Both the position numbers and the translations under genes were made by a program. A DNA stretch of 64,000 nt from contig CT868296.1 of NCBI GenBank assembly GCA_000165425.1, forward strand, positions 310,001 to 374,000, given 5' to 3'. Shown one piece after another: positions 57,001-64,000 of this stretch. The notes beneath the pieces are model-generated. The model was given only the letters and a program-made list of their open reading frames with translations, had not been told where the DNA came from and did not search any database. Source of the stretch: Paramecium tetraurelia. Its lineage: Eukaryota. The first letter of the stretch is position 1. The number at the start of each line of letters is the position of its first letter.

Positions 57001-57632
57001 AATGTTTTAATTATATTTTTTTAATAATGATTTAATTTAAAATCTTTCTTAAGACAAGCAAACCTTGGATTTTCCAAAAAATTAATAGTTTAAATTTGTA
57101 TTTTAAGCAGAATGTCGAAAATGGGTATAGAAGAGCAAATTAGCAATAAATAAGTGAAATTCTTGAATCCTAAAAAAGATAAAATAATCATTATTATTTC
57201 ACATTACAAAACTATCTTATCCTAACGAATCAACTCAAAGATTAACTCCAAATCTCTTTTTCTGAGCATACTGAATCAATTAAAATTTAACAATTTTTAA
57301 TAAATATCAATATCTACATTATTAAATTATTAAAAGCTGTTTAAAATCAATATTGTATCTAAATAACAGTATATCGATAGTAGAGTTTAATAAGTTAAGC
57401 GGATATCAATTTAAACTTATAATGGTTGATTTTATATTAATTTTCAAGAGAGAATTTTATTTATTTCATCAATCAAGTATTTTTGATCTTTAAATTCCAA
57501 CTATGAAATACCTCTCAAAATTTGAAAGTTTAACTTTTTTTGAACAGCATCTCATTATTTAGAATACTTAATGATTACTAATATATTTTCATTAATTATA
57601 TATTTTTCTAATTTCGGATTTAACAAAAATCA

Positions 57633-57959
57633 ATGAATCAAATCAAAGGACCTAAATTAAACTTTAGTACGCCTATCAAAATATAAGACTTCATTGAAGA
57701 AAAACCATATTCAGTGTTTGATTTTGAAAACACCGACTGCTTCAAAAATGAAAAAATTTCTAAATAAGTCAAATTTGCACCTACAATCACTATTTTTCTT
57801 AGATATCAAGACGAGGAAATCAATAGGTTCAGGGATAGACTTAAAACATAAGTATAAATGACAAAAGAAACATATAATCTTAATCCGACCCTTGAAGAAT
57901 CCCCAAAAAAATAGTAACTTAAATCATGTATGAGGGTTCCTATAGATACGGATTATTGA
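57633..57959 (+). CDS. Small hypothetical protein (108 aa) with RVxF-like motif
   Basis: Intronless ATG-to-TGA frame containing KQVKF and LKSCMR. Confidence 0.65.
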
Positions 57960-59261
57960 AGTTTTGATTAAATTGTTTCTTTTGTTTTACTTTATACTGT
58001 TCCCTCAAATATTCATATACTCACTAATTATTTCAATATCTCTTTCATATATTCTGAACTGTTGTAAAATAGGATTTAAAGATCCTAATAATCCTGCTAA
58101 TTTAAAGAACGTATTGCTTTAATAAAAAAAGTTCAATATTTATAAAAAATTTAACATAAAATTTTCAATATTCTATGATAAAAAGTATACCACCATTATT
58201 ATACAGCAAGGTATTTGCTTTAATGTCAAAAAGAAGAGATTAATTACAATTAGACAAATGAATATAATACTTATTATTGAATTTTACCAAACAATAAAAA
58301 TTAAGGACAAATAGTATAAAATCAATTAGTGAAAATTATAATAATATTTTTAGAAGATAAACAGTAGCTACAAGTGAATCAAACCTGGTATATTAATTTA
58401 TGCTTATAACCCTTATTTCAAGTATTTTAAATGCAGATATTTTCATCTTTAAGCTTTTATATTCTAAGATTCTTCTTAGATCATTACAATATCAAAAAAT
58501 AATTATAATTTATTTTATATCTAAACTTTGATATCATCCAAATTCTAACGTAATTTAAAGTTAATAATTTTAATAGCTTAAATTATTTCCCATCCTCTTA
58601 CAATGGTTTGATTATATTATCACCCATTATAAAAAAATTTATTTAATTGAAATTTATTAATGTATTTATAATATAATAAAAACCTTATGCAACATTCTCC
58701 AATATTTATGTGTTCCAAATTCAAGTATTTTAGAGGATGATAAATTTTGAAAAGTTATTAGATTATTATTGATGGAATCGCGCAATTTAAGAAAAAATAA
58801 TTTGAATTTAATATTTTGAGCAAATGTGAGAATTAAGAGAGATGGAATTTATGAATTAAAGATTATTAGATTAGAAGTCCTAGAACCTATATCTGTTTTT
58901 TTTATTATGTAGCTATATAAATAAAAAATAAAAATTGTGTTTACAATTGTATAACAAATGCAATATTTATATTTATTCCTTTTCAAATAATTAATAAATG
59001 GATTGATATATCATAAAAATGTTATAAATTTCTCTCTCTTTTGTTAAGTGAATTGATGTGTTTGTAAAATTGCCAATATAACAAAAACCGCAAAAAATAA
59101 CACCATCATTCTGTAATAATTTTTATAATTTAATTAGCCTTCTAATGGGTTTTGATAAACATTTGCTTACTATTATGATTATTGTCCTTAATTCATTTTA
59201 TTTATAGCTAGGTTATTAAATAATTAATATTTTTTATGTTAATATATATTTATTAATTAAT

Positions 59262-59852
59262 ATGCAAACACCGATTAAAAAGCAACCAAAAAGCATAAGA
59301 CAAATTATTAAAGACTTAATACTTAAGGAGGTGGAGATGGAAAGCAAGAAAAAAATAAATATAATTATCATTCCCACTAGAATTGGTTAATCGTGTTGGG
59401 GAACTCGAAACTTAAGAAGAATATCGCCTTCGAATCACCAAAAAATTGAATAAGGTGCAATAGTTTCCCCTATAAACTGTAGCCAGATTTCTCCAATGAA
59501 CTAAAGCCAAGGATCTCCTTCAAACTATAGAATTAAAAATACGTCAAAGTATGGAAAATTATTAAAAATGAACAATTAAGAATAACCTTACTAAGCTAGC
59601 AAAAAAAAACAAAAATATAAAACTGAACCTCGTTAGAAATCTTAATCTGTCAATACTGCGAAGCCTTTTCATCAAAGATTACCATCTTTGCCTCGAAGGA
59701 TAAATTACTTTGCTGACGAGGCCAAAAGTTTATAACTTAAATTAACTGACACTATTGAAGGATATAGGGTACAACAAGACGATATGTCTTTGGAGATTGA
59801 TGAATATGTTAAGATGAATTATATTAATTAGTTTAAACATTAAGAAAATTGA
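59262..59852 (+). CDS. Hypothetical basic protein (196 aa)
   Basis: Intronless ATG-to-TGA frame in the ciliate code. Confidence 0.65.
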
Positions 59853-59929
59853 AGTGTTAGTTTATTCTTTAATTAGTGTACTTTTAAAAATTAAAAGTGT
59901 GTTTTGGAAAAATTATTTTTTCAATAATA

Positions 59930-60658
59930 ATGAACAAAATTAAAAGAAAGCTCTTCTCTATGGAGGCCATCCTAGATTCCAGAACTATAAACGATCAACT
60001 CTATTTTTTAGTTAAATGGGCTGGTTATCCAATCTCATAGTCCACATGGGAAAAAGCAGACAAAGTGCCGGCCGATTCAAATATGATATCAGAGTATAAA
60101 ATGAGTGTTCAAATGCTTGGAAAGACCTTCTATTTTGATCCGTTAGATTAACCTCCTTAAATAGAGGACTTCGTAGAAGTCCCACCTTAAAAAAGTGAAC
60201 TCTCTACTTTTAACACAAAACTGAGTGAATTTTAACATCAAATCAATACTCTCAAAGATGATGTTAGACTTATTCTATAAACTTAATTGAGACTCATTAA
60301 AGAACTAAAAATGTCAAAAAATGTTATTCATCACTATGACCTATAAAGATCACCTGCCTCTCAAGACAAACCATAGTCTATTTAATCTGACATGATGTAA
60401 CAATACTAACAATGTGCTTTGATAAATTATGATGGTTCTTTTGAATAAGGAGATAAAGTTGAAAAAATTGGTAGAGCTGTTTAAATTAAAAAAACTAAAA
60501 CTAAGATGTATTATATTTTATGGAAAAGAAGAAACAATGGTACAATATTGATGTAATAATTAGGTTAAATTCCCAAAAATTCATGGGTTGAAAGTGACAA
60601 AATCATAGAGAATGAACCTGTTAAAGTATGTCAATACTTATGGAATAAATTAATTTGA
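59930..60658 (+). CDS. HP1-like chromodomain plus chromoshadow-like protein
   Basis: FSMEAILD...YFLVKWAGYPISQSTWE chromodomain, and a C-terminal GSFEQGDKVEKI...YYILWK...EPVKVCQYL domain. Confidence 0.85.
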
Positions 60659-60705
60659 ATTAATAATATAATTAAATAGAATGGTTTATTTAGATTAAGT
60701 ATTAC

Positions 60706-62434
60706 TCAATTACGTTTATTTTTTGAATTGAAATCTTTTGTGTTCATTTCTGTCGTAAAAGCTTTCTAACTTTTAGGGCTGCCCAATTACTTTTTTTATT
60801 ATTCCAAAATCTGTTATTGATGTATTATTTTATCTTATTATTATTTAATCTATATTAATAAATAATCTTACTATCTAGTTCAATTTAGTGATTTCTTAAG
60901 AGTACAATAGGTTATTATTTTCTTTGATATTTATCTCTAAGATATTGCATCTAAATAGATATTTAATTTTTACTTTTATCTTAATATTTCATTTTCTTAT
61001 TTAAGTTATTCAAATATTTGTCTATTTTCATATAAATTATTTTCATAACATTTATTTTTCCATAATTCTATTTCGTTTAATCTATTTTTTAACATTACAC
61101 TTAACTTTTCTATTTTGTTTTACTACTCCTAACATTATTTCTATGAAGTTAATAATTATTACTAAATTAGTTATTGATTATTGTTTCCATTATGTTCCGA
61201 AATTGAAGATTAATAAAGTTATTCTTTTATATTATTGTAACTTTATAATAATTATTAGTATTGTATCTCAGTATTTTAAGAGTTCTATAGGTTTTGTTCA
61301 AGAAGACTAATTGTTTTTCTTTATTATGTAATTTGTGTTTTTTAGTGTTCAATGAGATTTTAAAGATCATGCTCTTATTATTCAAGTGAACTTATTTTCG
61401 AAGAAAATTGATTAATTTAAGAAGAACCTTATAAAGTTTCTTATATTCTTGATTCTAATTGAGATGAGATTGTTTATAGTTCATGAACCTTTCGTTGATA
61501 TTGATTTAAAAGTTATTACTTTTCTATTTACTCTTATTTTAATTAGTATAATATTTATTTTTAAGAGATATTGAATTATTCTTTAGTTTTATTCATTTTG
61601 TCTAATAATTCTTTGTTTTCTTCTTGAAGTTGTAGATCCTCAATTTTTAGTACTTCTAGTTATTAAGTAAGAATATTTTTAAGATTTATCAAATCATGAT
61701 TTTCTTTAAAATATTTATTACGTTCTACTTCATAATTTTTATTTTATTCTTCTAAATCTTAAATGACTTTATTCAATTTAATCATTTGCTGTTTTATTTA
61801 CATTATTTCTTGCTTGTATTGGTTTGAATTTGAATCAACATTCATATCCCCTGATTAAATAGAATTTAGCATTTAAAATTTTCTCATTTATTCTGTTAAT
61901 TAATTATTTTCTGTATTTATTTGTTCAATAAGCGTACTCTATTGATCTTATTGGGATTTCAATTAATTAATTAAATTAATTAAATTTGCATTTTCTTGCT
62001 ATAACTCTTACAATTAACTTTTAGATAATTAGATCTAGTAAAGATGCTGTGTTTCTAAATCTTCAATCTTTAATCCATAGTGGAGTTCTATTTAACTTAT
62101 TTTTGAATGGCATTCTTAAATTTATTATGTTTTCAATTTAATTGAGATATTTTGTTTCTCAATCTCTTAAATAAGTGCGCCTATTTACTTTTGTTTATTT
62201 TAATATTTCTACTTAATCTGCATTACTTATATTAGGTGAACCATTAAATCCAAGCTTGTTATCAATACTCAAGTCATTTAGACTACGAATAGGTGAAATA
62301 GACTAAGAATGATGAGAACTGAATTATTTGAGAGCCTGCTATAAATATCCAGTTTCATATTAATTAAATTGTTCTATTTTAGTTGCCCAATTAGATCTAT
62401 TGTTTTATAATAGATCAATAATTTACTTAGACAT
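60706..62434 (-). CDS. Hypothetical long coiled-coil protein
   Basis: Q/E/K/L heptad-rich spliced frame starting MSKQIIDLL. Confidence 0.7.
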
Positions 62435-62809
62435 TATTTTACAATTTAATTCTAATTTATATATATAAATGTGTAAACCTAAAGAGTTATCTTAAATATT
62501 TATGTCAAGAAAAGGGGTGTAAATCATTCATAATAGATGAGTATTTTTAATATACTCGAAGATATTTAGGGAATCGAAAGTTAGTATGAATTTAATTTTA
62601 AATTATAAATTTTGCATTATTTAAATGGGAAATAAAATCATTTTCCGAGTTGATGGTTTAGTACATTTTAGTTTATCTTTAAAATCTGGATAGTTTTGTA
62701 CAATCTGACTAAGAATGAATAGAATTAGTAATTAAAATTTTATGAATAGTGAATATTTTGAATGTTTGAAAAATTTCAATATAAAAACGATATATTTAAT
62801 AAAATCTTG

Positions 62810-64000
62810 ATGAGATAATGCTTTCCATTTCTAAACAAATGCCACTACAAGTATAGATGGGGTGTGCTTGGATTTTGTATCTGGCTTGTTTTGGGAGCAT
62901 TTTATTGTTTTGATATTCCAACTTCTTTGCACAACACATTATAGGGACATTTTTCTGATATTATGACACCTGAAGCATTTGAGCTATATTATGGAGGGTT
63001 GTATAGTTTATATTCATTTGCAAATATTTTTCTTCCATTTATTAGCGGAAGTATGATATAATTTTTATTCAGAAATTAGGGATTAAAAGGGTGATAGAAT
63101 AGTGTTGATTCTTATGGTGGTTTTAGTAATGATAGGGCAATTAATCTTTGTCTATGGAGTCCACCTAAAAAGCTTCATGGTTATGTATTTGGGTAGAATC
63201 ATATCAGGTTGGGGCATAGAATCAGTTGTTCCTACACAAACCTCTTTCATTTCTCCATATTTTAAAGATGACTTTTTGGTATTCTCCATAATAAATCATA
63301 GGGTTTTGCAGTTGGCTTGAATGAATTTTTTGCAACTTTAGGGTCTATATTAACAATGTATTTATGCCCTAAATTGGCTTTAGAATATGGTTTATTGATA
63401 GCAGTATCTAGCGGAATATTTTTTAATTCATTTAGCCTTATTTGTGGAGTAATCACTGTGATATTAGATAAACATGCAGAAAAACACCTTTTGGAATTAG
63501 TGAATTATGATTAAGTCAAATATTCTGTTTTGCGATCATCAGAAAATCGTAGTCCCAGATAAAGTGGTGGGAACAATGCCAATGGAGTTGAGATAAATTA
63601 TAATAAGAATGTTGGAGAAGATGTAATAGAAGTAGACGAGATTTAATCAGAAAAGCAAAATGGAGAAGATGGCTAGATTCTATCTTAACCAGATGCTGTA
63701 TAGGCTATTGAAACGTTTCCCAAAATATTTTGGCTTGTTAGCTGGTGCTATGCATTAATTTATAGTTCAGTATTAGGATTCATTAATATTTCAGTTGGAT
63801 TACTATCTGAGAGATGGTTTGGAGTGACTGAAGAATCAGAGATTGAAGCAGGATTTGTAGTCTCAATTATGTGGTTCATAACTGGACTCTTTACACCATT
63901 ATTTGGTAGCTATACAGATAAATATGGTTAAAGATCCTCATTAGTAAATTTATGTTATTTATATATAGCTAATATTTGCAACTGTGTTATGTACTTTTTC
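62810..64000 (+). CDS. MFSD1: Major facilitator superfamily transporter (MFSD1-like), 3' end outside window
   Basis: RWGVL...GAFYCFDIPTSL, LYSLYSFANIFLPF, LGRIISGWGIES and FGSYTDKYGQR. Multiple TM helices. Confidence 0.85.

Overview
This window is very AT-rich, gene-dense eukaryotic DNA from a ciliate macronuclear genome, most likely Paramecium. TAA and TAG read as Gln, TGA is the only stop, and genes are interrupted by tiny 20-32 nt GT-AG introns, so the supplied standard-code ORF track is fragmentary. Hand translation with the ciliate code gives about 37 protein-coding genes. Recognisable ones are an RBR E3 ligase, two 3R-Myb factors, a GAS2-domain protein, glycogen phosphorylase, a cNMP-binding protein, WASH1, two MORN proteins, GAPDH, malectin, a membrane RING-H2 ligase, METTL1/Trm8, a thioredoxin-type dynein light chain, LITAF, NDUFA2, ATP synthase alpha (spanning an N gap), a cyclic nucleotide PDE, acylphosphatase, TMEM17, roadblock/LC7, a bacterial-type threonine dehydratase, an HP1-like chromo protein and an MFSD1-like transporter. 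Several tracts look like decayed genes. I saw no RNA genes, transposons, telomeric repeats or CRISPR arrays, and I cannot demonstrate a new multi-gene system. The best leads are an intron-containing bacterial short-form IlvA with a remodelled active site, a ~15 kb run of genes separated by only 9-70 nt, a +2 frameshift in glycogen phosphorylase, and motif-level oddities in WASH1, NDUFA2, the PDE and the RING-H2. All coordinates were read by hand, and some starts and splice sites may be off.
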